This document shows, in pieces, positions 11,616-20,907 of a stretch of 64,000 nucleotides of DNA. The stretch is taken from assembly GCA_002397315.1 (NCBI GenBank), contig DHAE01000015.1, forward strand, positions 22,869 through 86,868, given 5' to 3'. The position numbers and the translations under genes are program-made. The DNA is from Comamonadaceae bacterium UBA4962. Its GTDB lineage: Bacteria; Pseudomonadota; Gammaproteobacteria; Burkholderiales; Burkholderiaceae_C. Below the pieces are notes generated by a model that searched no databases, was not told the origin of the DNA, and saw only the letters and a list, made by a program, of their open reading frames with translations. Positions within the stretch are counted from its first letter, which is position 1. Every line of letters starts with the position of its first letter.

Positions 11616-12641
11616 TCACTTCTTCGTGTAGATCTGGTCGAAGCTGGCGCCGTCGGCGAAGTGGTCCTTGTCGGCCTTCGCCCAGCCGCCGAATGCCTGG
11701 TCGATGGTGACCAGCGTGAGTTGGGGGAACTGCGCCGCGTACCTGGCCTTCGCCTTCTCGCCGGTCGGGCGGTAGAAGTGCTTGCCGGCGATGTCCTGGC
11801 CTTCGTCCGAATAGAGGTACTTCAGGTATTCCTCGGCCACGGCGCGCGTGCCCTTCTTGTCCACCACCTTGTCGACCACGGCCACGCTGGGCTCGGCCAG
11901 GATGGAGAGCGACGGGGCGACGATCTGGAACTTCTCGGCGCCAAACTCCTTCAGCGCCAGGAAGGCCTCGTTCTCCCAGGCCAGCAGCACGTCGCCCACC
12001 CCGCGCTGCACGAACGTGATCGTGGAGCCGCGCGCCCCGGTATCGAGCACCGGCACGTTCTTGTAGAGCTTGCCGACGAACTCCCTGGCCTGCGCGTCGC
12101 CGCCGTACTTGCGCTTGGCGTATTCCCACGCGGCCAGGTAGTTCCAGCGCGCGCCCCCGGAGGTCTTGGGGTTGGGCGTGATCACCTGCACGCCGGGCTT
12201 GACGAGGTCGTCCCAGTCCTTGATGCCCTTGGGGTTGCCCTTCTTCACGAGGAACACGATCGTCGAGGTGTAGGGCGCCGAGTTGTGCGGCAGGCGCTTT
12301 TGCCAGTCGGGCTTGACCAGCCCGCCGTGCTTCACCAGCGCGTCGATGTCGCCGCCCAGCGCCAGCGTGGCCACGTCGGCGTCGATGCCGTCGATGATCG
12401 ACCGCGCCTGCTTGCCCGAGCCGCCGTGCGATTGCTTGACCTGCACGTCCTGCCCCGTCTTGCCCTTCCAGTATTTCGCGAACGCCTGGTTGTAGTCCAC
12501 GTACAGCTCCCGCGTCGGGTCGTACGACACGTTGAGCAACTGCAGCGGCTGCTGGGCGACGGCCGGCAGGGCCAGCGCACCGAGGGAAGCCGCAAGGAAG
12601 GCGGCGGCAGGAAACTTGATAAAGTGGCGGCGAAGGTTCAT
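11616..12641 (-). CDS. sbp: Periplasmic sulfate/thiosulfate-binding protein
   Basis: 341 aa from the ATG at 12641. The signal peptide [29 protein letters not shown] is followed by [13 protein letters not shown]...[11 protein letters not shown], typical of Sbp/CysP. Confidence 0.9.
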   Translation of the reverse strand: MNLRRHFIKFPAAAFLAASLGALALPAVAQQPLQLLNVSYDPTRELYVDYNQAFAKYWKGKTGQDVQVKQSHGGSGKQARSIIDGIDADVATLALGGDIDALVKHGGLVKPDWQKRLPHNSAPYTSTIVFLVKKGNPKGIKDWDDLVKPGVQVITPNPKTSGGARWNYLAAWEYAKRKYGGDAQAREFVGKLYKNVPVLDTGARGSTITFVQRGVGDVLLAWENEAFLALKEFGAEKFQIVAPSLSILAEPSVAVVDKVVDKKGTRAVAEEYLKYLYSDEGQDIAGKHFYRPTGEKAKARYAAQFPQLTLVTIDQAFGGWAKADKDHFADGASFDQIYTKK

Positions 12642-12732
12642 GAGGGGCTTTCCAGAGAAGATCCGTGGTCGGTGCGGTAGAGCACGGCACCGATGCAGCG
12701 CATTCTGTGAGTCCGCCCTCAAAACTGAAACT

Positions 12733-12746
12733 ACTGAAATTTCAGT
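12733..12746. promoter_or_regulatory. 14-bp perfect palindrome in the AT-rich sbp / yggX divergent promoter region (candidate operator)
   Basis: ACTGAAATTTCAGT is embedded in AAAACTGAAACTACTGAAATTTCAGTTTTAAATTT. This is the only AT-rich patch for kilobases and lies about 90 nt upstream of the sbp ATG. Confidence 0.3.
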
Positions 12747-12853
12747 TTTAAATTTCCAAATCATCTTTGGCCGTAGACCGCACCACCCTGTCTCCTGCGG
12801 CAACGCCCGGAGACTCCCCCTTTCTCATCCCGTCAGAACAAGGAAACATCCCC

Positions 12854-13126
12854 ATGGCACGTACCGTCCAGTGCATCAAGCTCGGCAAGGAAGCCGAAGG
12901 CCTCGACTTCCCTCCCTATCCGGGCGATCTGGGCAAGCGCATTTTCGACAACGTGAGCAAGGAGGCCTGGGCCGGCTGGCTCAAGCACCAGACCATGCTG
13001 GTGAACGAGAACCGCCTGAACCTCGCCGATGCGCGCGCCCGCCAGTACCTCGCGCGCCAGATGGAGCAGCACTTCTTCGGCGGCGGCGCGGATGCCGCCG
13101 CGGGCTACGTCCCGCCCAGCGCCTGA
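12854..13126 (+). CDS. yggX: Fe(2+)-trafficking / oxidative-damage protection protein YggX
   Basis: 90 aa, [56 protein letters not shown]. This is a near-canonical YggX sequence. Confidence 0.9.
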   Translation: MARTVQCIKLGKEAEGLDFPPYPGDLGKRIFDNVSKEAWAGWLKHQTMLVNENRLNLADARARQYLARQMEQHFFGGGADAAAGYVPPSA

Positions 13127-13182
13127 CGCACGGGCGGGCCGGCGCCGTGCCGGGCCGTTGCCGACGCATTCCGCCCCACCGC

Positions 13183-13212
13183 AAGCCCGGCCCCGCCGGG
13201 CTTTCCTTTTTC
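13183..13212 (+). terminator. Rho-independent terminator after yggX
   Basis: AAGCCCGGC-ccc-GCCGGGCTT forms a 9-bp stem and is followed by TCCTTTTTCC. Confidence 0.6.
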
Positions 13213-13326
13213 CGCTCGGTCTTCCGGCCCCTCCCACGTTCTTCCCGGACCTGTTCCGGCCCCTTCCCGCCCTGTCGCTGACACGGCGCAACCCGCCGCG
13301 CCCTCCGGCGCCCCGACAATCGCCGC

Positions 13327-15327
13327 ATGTCCGAACCCATCGACTGGCTCCCCGACGGCACCCCGTTCAATCCGCGCTTCGGCGATCGCTACCACAGCGA
13401 AACCGGGCTCGCGCAGGCGCGCGAAGTCTTCCTGCACGGCTGCGGGCTGCCGCGGGCCTGGGCCGGCCAGGCGATGTGGCGGGTGCTGGAGACCGGCTTC
13501 GGCTTCGGCCTGAACTTCATCACCACCTGGGCGGCATGGCGGGCCGACCCCGCGCGGCCGCGGCTGCTGCATTTCGTCTCCTGCGAGGCGTTTCCCGTCT
13601 CCGCGGACGACCTGCTGCGTTCCCTGCAGGGCCATGGCGAGCTGGAACCGCTGGCCCGCGCCCTGCACGCCCAGTACTGGGGCCTGCTGCCCGGGGTGCA
13701 CCGGCTCGCATTCGAGGGCGGACAGGTGCTGCTCACGCTCTACATCGGCGATGCGCAGGCCATGCTGCGCCAGCAGCAGCCGGTGGCGGACTCGGTGTAC
13801 CTCGACGGCTTCAGCCCGCAGGCGAACCCCGAACTCTGGGAGGTGCACACCCTCAAGGCCGTGGCGCGATGCTGCCGCCGCGGCACGCGCCTGGCCACCT
13901 GGAGCGTGGCCGGCGCGGTGCGCGAAGGGCTCGCGCAGTGTGGATTCAAGGTCCGGAAGGTGCCCGGCGTGCCGCCGAAGCGCAGCAACCTGCAGGCGGT
14001 GTTCGATCCGGCGTGGGAGCCGCGCCTGGTGCAGCCGGAGCTGCCGGACGTGCAGGTGACGGGCGGGCCACCCCACGCGCTGGTGATCGGTGGCGGCCTG
14101 TCGGGCGCCGCGGTGGCGGCCAGCCTCGCGCGGCGCGGCTGGCAGGTGCGGGTGCTGGACCAGGGCGCGGAACCGGCGGCCGGCGCTTCGGGTTTGCCGG
14201 CGGGCGTGTTCGCGCCGCACGTGTCGCCCGACGACAGCCAGCTCTCCCGCCTGTCGCGTTGCGGCGTGCGGGCCACGCTGCAGGCCCTGGCGGCATCGGA
14301 TCTGGTGGAGGGTGACGACTGGAGCGCCTGCGGCGTCCTGGAGCACGAGGTGGACGGCAAGAACCGCCTGCCCGCCGCCTGGGCCGACGGCACCGCACCG
14401 GGCGCCGAATGGAGCCGTCCGGCCGATGCCGCGGCACTGCAGGCCGCGGGCCTGCCCGATGGCACCGTGGGCACCTGGCACGCACGCGGCGGCTGGCTGC
14501 GGCCGGCCCGGCTGGTGCGCGCGCTGCTGGCGCACCCTGCCATCCACTGGCAGGGCGGCAGCACCGTGGCCCGGCTGGAGCGGGTGCGAGCCCCCGAAGG
14601 CGCGACGCACTGGCAGGCGTACGGCAACGACGGCATGCTGCTCGCCGAAGCGCCCCACGTGGTGGTGGCCGCCGGCTACGGCAGCCGCCCCTGGCTGCCG
14701 GGCCGCTATCCGATCCATCCGCTGCGCGGGCAGGTGAGCTGGGGCACGCGGGCGAACGGCCCTGAGGCCGCCTGGCCGCCCTTCCCCGTCAACGGGCACG
14801 GCAACCTCGTGCCCCACGCGGGCATCGGGCAAGAAGCGATCTGGGTGATGGGCTCGACCTTCGAGCGCGGCCAGACGGAACTGCCCCCCGCGCCGCAGGA
14901 ACAGGCCGAGGCCCATGCCACCAATGCCGCGAAGCTGCAGCAGCTCTTGCCGGCGCTGGCACAGGGCCTCGCACCCGCCATCGCCGGCCCGGGCGCCGCG
15001 CCCGGCCACTGGGCGGCCGTGCGCTGCACCGCCCCCGACCGGCTGCCGTTCGTGGGGCCGGTGGATGCCGCGGCGCAGCCCGGGCTCTGGGTCTGCGCCG
15101 CGATGGGCGCACGCGGGCTCACGTTGTCGCAGCTGTGCGGAGAGCTGCTGGCCGCCCGCATGATGGGAGAGCCGCTGCCCGTGGAAGTGCGCCTGGCGCG
15201 GGCGCTGTCCACGGAACGGCTTCCCGGGGCCTGGAACCCAACGCTCAACCCGGCGGTGCTTTCGCCTTCCGCGCCGGAATCCACAGGCCCAGCAGCGCCG
15301 CCGCCGCGAGCGACAGCAGCCCGGTGA
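13327..15327 (+). CDS. mnmC: Bifunctional tRNA (mnm5s2U34) methyltransferase / FAD-dependent cmnm5s2U34 oxidoreductase
   Basis: 666 aa. The N-terminal part is DUF752/methyltransferase-like (WRVLETGFGFGLNF, YLDGFSP). The C-terminal part is a DAO domain with the dinucleotide motif ALVIGGGLSGAAVA. Confidence 0.9.
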   Translation: MSEPIDWLPDGTPFNPRFGDRYHSETGLAQAREVFLHGCGLPRAWAGQAMWRVLETGFGFGLNFITTWAAWRADPARPRLLHFVSCEAFPVSADDLLRSLQGHGELEPLARALHAQYWGLLPGVHRLAFEGGQVLLTLYIGDAQAMLRQQQPVADSVYLDGFSPQANPELWEVHTLKAVARCCRRGTRLATWSVAGAVREGLAQCGFKVRKVPGVPPKRSNLQAVFDPAWEPRLVQPELPDVQVTGGPPHALVIGGGLSGAAVAASLARRGWQVRVLDQGAEPAAGASGLPAGVFAPHVSPDDSQLSRLSRCGVRATLQALAASDLVEGDDWSACGVLEHEVDGKNRLPAAWADGTAPGAEWSRPADAAALQAAGLPDGTVGTWHARGGWLRPARLVRALLAHPAIHWQGGSTVARLERVRAPEGATHWQAYGNDGMLLAEAPHVVVAAGYGSRPWLPGRYPIHPLRGQVSWGTRANGPEAAWPPFPVNGHGNLVPHAGIGQEAIWVMGSTFERGQTELPPAPQEQAEAHATNAAKLQQLLPALAQGLAPAIAGPGAAPGHWAAVRCTAPDRLPFVGPVDAAAQPGLWVCAAMGARGLTLSQLCGELLAARMMGEPLPVEVRLARALSTERLPGAWNPTLNPAVLSPSAPESTGPAAPPPRATAAR

Positions 15328-16513
15328 CGGCGATGCCCCCCGCCAGCGATGCGGTCGCCACCAGCGCCGACAGCAGCGCCGGCCCGCAGGAGCCGCCCAG
15401 GTCCGACAGGAAACGCCATACCGCGAGGAAGTACGGCCGGCCGTGGCGCGGCGCGAAATCCGCGCCTAGCGTCATGATCAGGCCCGAACCGATGCCGTTG
15501 CCGAAACCGATCGCCGTCGCCGCGATCAGCAACGTCGCGAAGCCGCCCGTGAACGGCATCGCCAGCAGCGCCACGCCGATGATCGCCATCGACGGCACGG
15601 CCACCCAGCGGCGGCCCTTCAAGTCCATCACGCGGCCGGCCGGGTAGAAAAGCAGCATCTCGATGCCGCCGGCGATGCCGTAGATCACCGACGTGACCGC
15701 GGGGGCCAGCAGCAGGTGGTCCGCCCAGAGCGGAATCACCGCCTGGCGGGATGCGCGCACCGCGCTCACGAGCGCCACGCCCAGCCCCAGCGTGAGGAAC
15801 ACCTTGCGATGGTCCGCCACGATCAAGCGAAGGTTCACGGGTGCCGGAGCGGGCGCGCCCTCGGGATGCGGCGGCGCCTGCAGGTCCGGCAGGCGCGCGC
15901 CGATCGCCGCGGCCGCCAGCACGCCCGCGATGCCGACGGCGAACGCGGCGTGCAGTCCGAAGGCATGCACCGCCGCCGCCGAGAGAAAAGGCCCGATGAA
16001 CATGCCGATGCGCATCACGCCACCCAGCGTCGACAGGGCCCGCGCCCGGTAGGCGGGCGGCACCGCCTCGGTCAGGTAGCTCTGCCGCGCGAGGTTGTAG
16101 ACGGCCTGCGACATGCCGACCATGCAGCAGCCGATCGCCAGCGGCACCACGCCGGGCAGCAGCACGGCCAGGGCCATGCCCAGCGCGCTCCACACGCCGG
16201 CCGCGACGATCGCCCAGCGCTCGCCCCAGCGGATCGTGATCACCGAGGCGGGAATGTTGTTCAGCAGCGATCCCAGCCCGATCAGCGTCACCACGAAGGC
16301 CGCCATCGGGACCGAGGCGCCGAGGTCCCGCGCCAGCAGCGGCACGATCGGCAGGATCGCCCCCTCGCCCACCCCGAACAGCAGGGAGGGGCCGAAGGCC
16401 GGCAGGGCGATGCGGCGCCAGGAGAAGGAGTCTTCAGAAGCGTACAGGTCGGCGGAAGAAGGCGTGTCGGTCATGGACGGGACGGCAGCGTCGGAAGCGG
16501 GGGCGCGTGGCAC
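15245..16513 (-). CDS. MFS transporter
   Basis: 422-aa highly hydrophobic ORF with about 12 predicted TM stretches and an MFS-like loop motif (RWGERWAIV). Its 3' end overlaps the mnmC 3' end by 83 nt. Confidence 0.8.
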   Translation of the reverse strand: MPRAPASDAAVPSMTDTPSSADLYASEDSFSWRRIALPAFGPSLLFGVGEGAILPIVPLLARDLGASVPMAAFVVTLIGLGSLLNNIPASVITIRWGERWAIVAAGVWSALGMALAVLLPGVVPLAIGCCMVGMSQAVYNLARQSYLTEAVPPAYRARALSTLGGVMRIGMFIGPFLSAAAVHAFGLHAAFAVGIAGVLAAAAIGARLPDLQAPPHPEGAPAPAPVNLRLIVADHRKVFLTLGLGVALVSAVRASRQAVIPLWADHLLLAPAVTSVIYGIAGGIEMLLFYPAGRVMDLKGRRWVAVPSMAIIGVALLAMPFTGGFATLLIAATAIGFGNGIGSGLIMTLGADFAPRHGRPYFLAVWRFLSDLGGSCGPALLSALVATASLAGGIAVTGLLSLAAAALLGLWIPARKAKAPPG

Positions 16514-16600
16514 CGACGATAAGCGAAGCGGGCCGCGCCATTCGCGGCACCGGTGGAATGGTGCCGCGCACAGCGCCGCTGCGGCGCCGAACGGCTGCGT

Positions 16601-16618
16601 TCAATATACGCATATTGA
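16601..16618. promoter_or_regulatory. Inverted repeat TCAATAT-acgc-ATATTGA upstream of the tauE-cysI operon (candidate operator)
   Basis: 7-bp perfect arms sit in the AT-rich divergent region between the MFS gene and tauE, about 60 nt upstream of the tauE ATG. Confidence 0.3.
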
Positions 16619-16679
16619 TATACCAGCAGGAGTAAACAATAGTTTGAAACCATAAGGCGAGACCCTACAGTCACGCCCT

Positions 16680-17480
16680 ATGCATGACTTGGCGTTCGTT
16701 TTTGCGGGATTCGCGGTGGGCCTGATCGTCGGCCTCACCGGGGTCGGCGGCGGCTCGCTGATGACGCCCGTGCTGATCTTCTTCGGCATGAAGCCGCACC
16801 TCGCCATCGGCACCGACCTGCTGTTCGCGGCCTTCACCAAGATGGGCGGGACCGTGAGCCTGGCCCGCCAGCGCCTCGTTCCTTGGCGCGTGGTGGCCCT
16901 GCTGTGCGCCGGCAGCCTGCCCGCTTCCGTCGCTGCCCTCTGGGCATTGCGCGCCATCGGCCCGGCCAGTGCCGTGGCCCAGCAGATCATGACGACCACG
17001 CTGGGCGGCGCCCTGCTGCTCACGGCGGCGGCGACCCTCTACAAGGCCTTCGTGTTCTCCCCCACCCGGCAGGCGGCGGAGCGCGCCGCCCGCCAGAGCC
17101 AGGGCGAGCGGGCCGACCGGCCCCGCCACTGGAGCCTGCCGGTGCTGCTCGGTGCGCTGATCGGCACGCTGGTCACCTTCACCTCGGTGGGCGCCGGCGC
17201 TATCGGCGTCACGGTGTTGCTGCTGCTCTTCCCCCTGCTGCCGCTGCCGCGCGTGGTGGCGGCGGACATCGCCTACGCCGTGCCGCTGACGCTGGTGGCG
17301 GGCCTCGGCCACGCCACCCTCGGCTCCGTGGATTGGCCGCTTCTCGCACAATTGCTGGCGGGCTCGCTGCCGGGCATCTGGCTCGGCTCGCGGCTCGTCA
17401 CACGCACCCCGGAGCGATTCATCCGCTCGGCCCTGTCCGTGCTGCTCGCCTGGGCGGGCGCCAAACTGATTCTGATCTGA
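16680..17480 (+). CDS. TauE/SafE-family sulfite/anion exporter-like membrane protein
   Basis: 266-aa membrane ORF with GVGGGSLMTPVL and a second VGAGAIGV repeat, typical of TauE/SafE (DUF81). It lies directly upstream of cysI. Confidence 0.8.
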   Translation: MHDLAFVFAGFAVGLIVGLTGVGGGSLMTPVLIFFGMKPHLAIGTDLLFAAFTKMGGTVSLARQRLVPWRVVALLCAGSLPASVAALWALRAIGPASAVAQQIMTTTLGGALLLTAAATLYKAFVFSPTRQAAERAARQSQGERADRPRHWSLPVLLGALIGTLVTFTSVGAGAIGVTVLLLLFPLLPLPRVVAADIAYAVPLTLVAGLGHATLGSVDWPLLAQLLAGSLPGIWLGSRLVTRTPERFIRSALSVLLAWAGAKLILI

Positions 17481-17507
17481 GTGCGCCCCGCGCGCACCAC
17501 CCCCACC

Positions 17508-19358
17508 ATGTACCAATACACAGAATTCGACCAACAGTTCATCCGCCTGCGCGCGGACCAGTACCGCGACCAACTGGAGCGCTTCCAAGCGGGCAAGCTC
17601 TCCGGCGACGAGTTCAAGCCGCTGCGCCTGCAGAACGGCTGGTACGTGCAGCGCTACGCGCCGATGCTGCGCGTGGCCGTGCCCTACGGCGAGCTCTCCA
17701 GCGGCCAGCTGCGCGTGCTGGCCCGCATCGCCCGCGAGTACGACGTGCCCGAGGCCTCCCTGCTGGCCGAAGCGCAGGCCACGCAGGAAAAGCTCGGCGA
17801 CATCCCGCTCGCCGACGGCCGCCGCATCGGCACGCGCCTGAAGTACGGCTACGGCCACTTCACCACGCGCACCAACGTGCAGTACAACTGGATCCCGCTC
17901 GACAAGAGCGCCGAGGTGATGGACCTGCTGGCGTCGGTGCACATGCACGGCATCCAGACCAGCGGCAACTGCATCCGCAACATCACGAGCGATGCGCTGG
18001 CCGGCATCGCTGCCGACGAGATCGCCGATCCGCGCCCCTTCGCCGAGATCCTGCGCCAGTGGAGCACGCTGCACCCCGAGTTCGCCTTCCTGCCGCGCAA
18101 GTTCAAGGTGTCGCTCAACGGCGCCCGCGAAGACCGCGCCGCGCTGGGCTGGTACGACGTGGGCCTGCAGCTCGTGAAGAACGAGGCCGGCGAGCTGGGC
18201 TTCCAGGTGCGCGTGGGCGGGGGCATGGGCCGCACGCCGGTCATCAGCCCGGTGGTGCGCGAGTTCCTGCCCTGGAACCAGCTCATGAACTACCTCGAGG
18301 CCGTGATCCGCGTCTACAACCGCTACGGCCGCCGCGACAACCTCTGGAAGGCACGCATCAAGATCCTCGTGAAGTCCGAAGGCCAGACCTACGTGGACCA
18401 GGTGGAAGAGGAATTCCGCCAGATCGTCGAGGTCGAGGGCGGCCCCCACACCATCACGCAGGCCGAATACGACCGCGTGGCCGCCTGCTTCCACGACCCG
18501 GTGCCCGACCTGGGCGGCGCGGACGCCGAAAGCCAGACGCTGTCGCTGCTGCGCGCGGCCGCCGAGGGCGACCAGGGCTTCGGCCGCTGGCTCACGCGCA
18601 ACGTGCTGCCGCACCGCCACCCGCTGCTGCGCGCCGTGGTGCTGTCGTTCAAGCGCGTGGGCTATGCGCCGGGCGACGCCACCGCCGACCAGATGGACGC
18701 GGCCGCCGACCTCGCCGACCGCTACTCGTGCGGCGAAGCCCGCGTGACGCACGAGCAGAACCTGCTGCTGCCCTGGGTGCGCGCCGACCAGTTGCCGAAG
18801 CTCTACGCAGAGGCGCGCGCGCTGGGCCTCGCCCAGCCCAACATCGGCCTGCTGACCGACATGATCGCCTGCCCGGGTGGCGACTTCTGCTCGCTCGCCA
18901 ATGCGCGCTCGCTGCCGATCGCCGAAGCCATCACCGAGCGCTACCAGGATCTGGACGAGCTCTGGGACCTGGGCGAAATCGACCTGCACATCAGCGGCTG
19001 CATCAACTCCTGCGGCCACCACCACAGCGGCCACATCGGCATCCTGGGCGTCGACAAGGACGGCAAGGAGTGGTACCAGATCACGCTGGGCGGCGCCGAC
19101 GGCACCGACCTGTCGGGCGCGGCCGTGCCCGGCAAGATCATCGGTCCGTCGTTCAGCGCGGCCGAGGTGCCGGGCGTGATCGAGGCACTGCTCGCCACCT
19201 ACCGCGAGCACCGCCAGCCGCTGGCGGCCGATGCGCCGGGCAGCGCGCGCGGGCAGAAGCACGAGCACTTCATCGACACGGTGCGCCGCGTCGGCATCGA
19301 GCCCTTCAAGGCCGCAGCGAACGCCGCGCGCCACCCGTCCGAGGCCGTGTCCGCCTGA
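17508..19358 (+). CDS. cysI: Sulfite reductase hemoprotein (siroheme/[4Fe-4S], CysI/Sir type)
   Basis: The ATG at 17508 begins MYQYTEFDQQFI. It is a nitrite/sulfite reductase fold with the cluster/siroheme cysteine motifs CPGGDFCSLA and SGCINSCGHHH. Confidence 0.9.
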   Translation: MYQYTEFDQQFIRLRADQYRDQLERFQAGKLSGDEFKPLRLQNGWYVQRYAPMLRVAVPYGELSSGQLRVLARIAREYDVPEASLLAEAQATQEKLGDIPLADGRRIGTRLKYGYGHFTTRTNVQYNWIPLDKSAEVMDLLASVHMHGIQTSGNCIRNITSDALAGIAADEIADPRPFAEILRQWSTLHPEFAFLPRKFKVSLNGAREDRAALGWYDVGLQLVKNEAGELGFQVRVGGGMGRTPVISPVVREFLPWNQLMNYLEAVIRVYNRYGRRDNLWKARIKILVKSEGQTYVDQVEEEFRQIVEVEGGPHTITQAEYDRVAACFHDPVPDLGGADAESQTLSLLRAAAEGDQGFGRWLTRNVLPHRHPLLRAVVLSFKRVGYAPGDATADQMDAAADLADRYSCGEARVTHEQNLLLPWVRADQLPKLYAEARALGLAQPNIGLLTDMIACPGGDFCSLANARSLPIAEAITERYQDLDELWDLGEIDLHISGCINSCGHHHSGHIGILGVDKDGKEWYQITLGGADGTDLSGAAVPGKIIGPSFSAAEVPGVIEALLATYREHRQPLAADAPGSARGQKHEHFIDTVRRVGIEPFKAAANAARHPSEAVSA

Positions 19359-19390
19359 CCCGCATCCGTCCCCCGACCGAGACCAGCCCC

Positions 19391-19771
19391 ATGAAAATCA
19401 TCGCTTCCCACGACCACACGCCGGCGCCCGCCGGCCAGACCGTGCTCGAGATGCCCAACGACGCCGATCCGCTCGTGCAGGACCTGGCCGGCATCGACCG
19501 CATCGACCTGCATTTCCCGAAGTTCACCGACGGCCGCGCGTTCAGCCAGGCCCGCCTGCTGCGCCAGCGCCGCCGGTTCCAGGGCGAGATCCGCGCCACG
19601 GGCGACGTGCTGATCGACCAGCTCGTGCAGATGGCGCGCTGCGGCTTCGACGTGGCCGTGCTGCGCGAGGGCGTGGATCTGGCCGACGCGCAGCGCCAGT
19701 TCGACCGCTTCCACGGCTTCTACCAGGGCGACGCCGCGCACCCGCTGCCGCATTTCCGGGACGCCGCGTAA
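19391..19771 (+). CDS. DUF934-family protein (conserved sulfite-reductase-associated partner)
   Basis: 126 aa containing ...IDLHFPKFTDGRAFSQARLLRQRRRFQGEIRATGDVLIDQL.... This is typical DUF934, in its usual place just after cysI. Confidence 0.8.
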   Translation: MKIIASHDHTPAPAGQTVLEMPNDADPLVQDLAGIDRIDLHFPKFTDGRAFSQARLLRQRRRFQGEIRATGDVLIDQLVQMARCGFDVAVLREGVDLADAQRQFDRFHGFYQGDAAHPLPHFRDAA

Positions 19772-19812
19772 GGCGCCCGCCGCACACGAGAACCGACCGA
19801 GAGAACGACCGC

Positions 19813-20745
19813 ATGAACGCCCGCACCGAACCCCACGTGCTCAGCCAGCTCAGCAACCGCCACCTCGACGCGCTGGAGGAAGAGACCATCTTCATCCTGC
19901 GCGAAGTGGCCGCCGCCTTCGAGCGCCCCGCCCTGCTGTTTTCGGGCGGCAAGGATTCGCTGGTGATGCTCAAGTGCGCCGAGAAGGCTTTTGGTGCGGG
20001 CCGCATCCCCTACCCGCTGCTGATGATCGACACCGGCCACAACTTCCCCGAGGTCACGGATTTCCGCGACTTCCGCGCGAAGGAGCTGGGCGCGGAACTG
20101 ATCGTGCGCAGCGTGGAGGATTCGATGGCGCGCGGCACCGTGCGGCTGGCGCACCCGGGCGAGAGCCGCAACGTGCACCAGTCGGTGACGCTGCTGGAGG
20201 CGATCGAGGAATTCCGCTTCGATGCGCTGATCGGCGGCGCGCGGCGCGACGAGGAGAAGGCCCGTGCCAAGGAGCGCATCTTCTCGCACCGCGACAGCTT
20301 CGGCCAATGGCAGCCCAAGGCGCAGCGTCCCGAGCTGTGGACGCTGTTCAACACGCGGCTGGCGCCGGGCGAGCACTTCCGCGTGTTCCCGATCAGCAAC
20401 TGGACCGAGCTGGACGTGTGGCAGTACATCGACCGCGAGCAGATTGCACTGCCTTCCCTCTACTACACCCACAAGCGGCAGGTGGTCGAACGCAAGGGGC
20501 TGCTGGTGCCGGTGACGGAACTCACCCCGCCGCGCGAGGGCGAGACGGTGGAAACGCGCGACGTGCGCTTCCGCACCGTGGGCGACATCACCTGCACCTG
20601 CCCGGTGGAAAGCCCGGCCGCCACGGCCGCCGACATCGTCATCGAGACGCTGTCGGCCGACGTGAGCGAGCGCGGCGCGACGCGCATGGACGACAAGACC
20701 AGCGATGCGTCGATGGAAAAGCGCAAGAAGGACGGGTATTTCTGA
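19813..20745 (+). CDS. cysD: Sulfate adenylyltransferase subunit 2
   Basis: 310 aa with the PP-loop LLFSGGKDSLVML and the C-terminal ...ERGATRMDDKTSDASMEKRKKDGYF typical of CysD. Confidence 0.95.
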   Translation: MNARTEPHVLSQLSNRHLDALEEETIFILREVAAAFERPALLFSGGKDSLVMLKCAEKAFGAGRIPYPLLMIDTGHNFPEVTDFRDFRAKELGAELIVRSVEDSMARGTVRLAHPGESRNVHQSVTLLEAIEEFRFDALIGGARRDEEKARAKERIFSHRDSFGQWQPKAQRPELWTLFNTRLAPGEHFRVFPISNWTELDVWQYIDREQIALPSLYYTHKRQVVERKGLLVPVTELTPPREGETVETRDVRFRTVGDITCTCPVESPAATAADIVIETLSADVSERGATRMDDKTSDASMEKRKKDGYF

Positions 20746-20825
20746 TGGGCATCCCCCTGTGGCGCTGCGTGCCTTCCCCCTTCTCTCGCCGGGCTGCGCC
20801 CGCCGGGAAGGGGGACACCGCCGGC

Positions 20826-20847
20826 GCGGCGGGGCGGCCCTTGCGCG
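20826..20847. repeat. Copy 1 of a 22-nt identical intergenic repeat core (GCGGCGGGGCGGCCCTTGCGCG)
   Basis: It matches 22744-22765 exactly. Both copies are preceded by CATCCCCC and lie just after a stop codon (cysD here, fdxA there). Confidence 0.7.
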
Positions 20848-20907
20848 ACGGTTCTGGCCCGGGCCGCGCCAGTTTTGACGCCCCGCGTGGGTGACGGAGA
20901 GAGTTGC

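Noticed and set aside
15245-15327. 83-nt convergent overlap of the mnmC and MFS 3' ends as something functional
   Set aside because: The MnmC tail (…PAVLSPSAPESTGPAAPPPRATAAR) looks like a non-conserved read-through extension in a stop-poor frame. It is most likely an incidental overlap.
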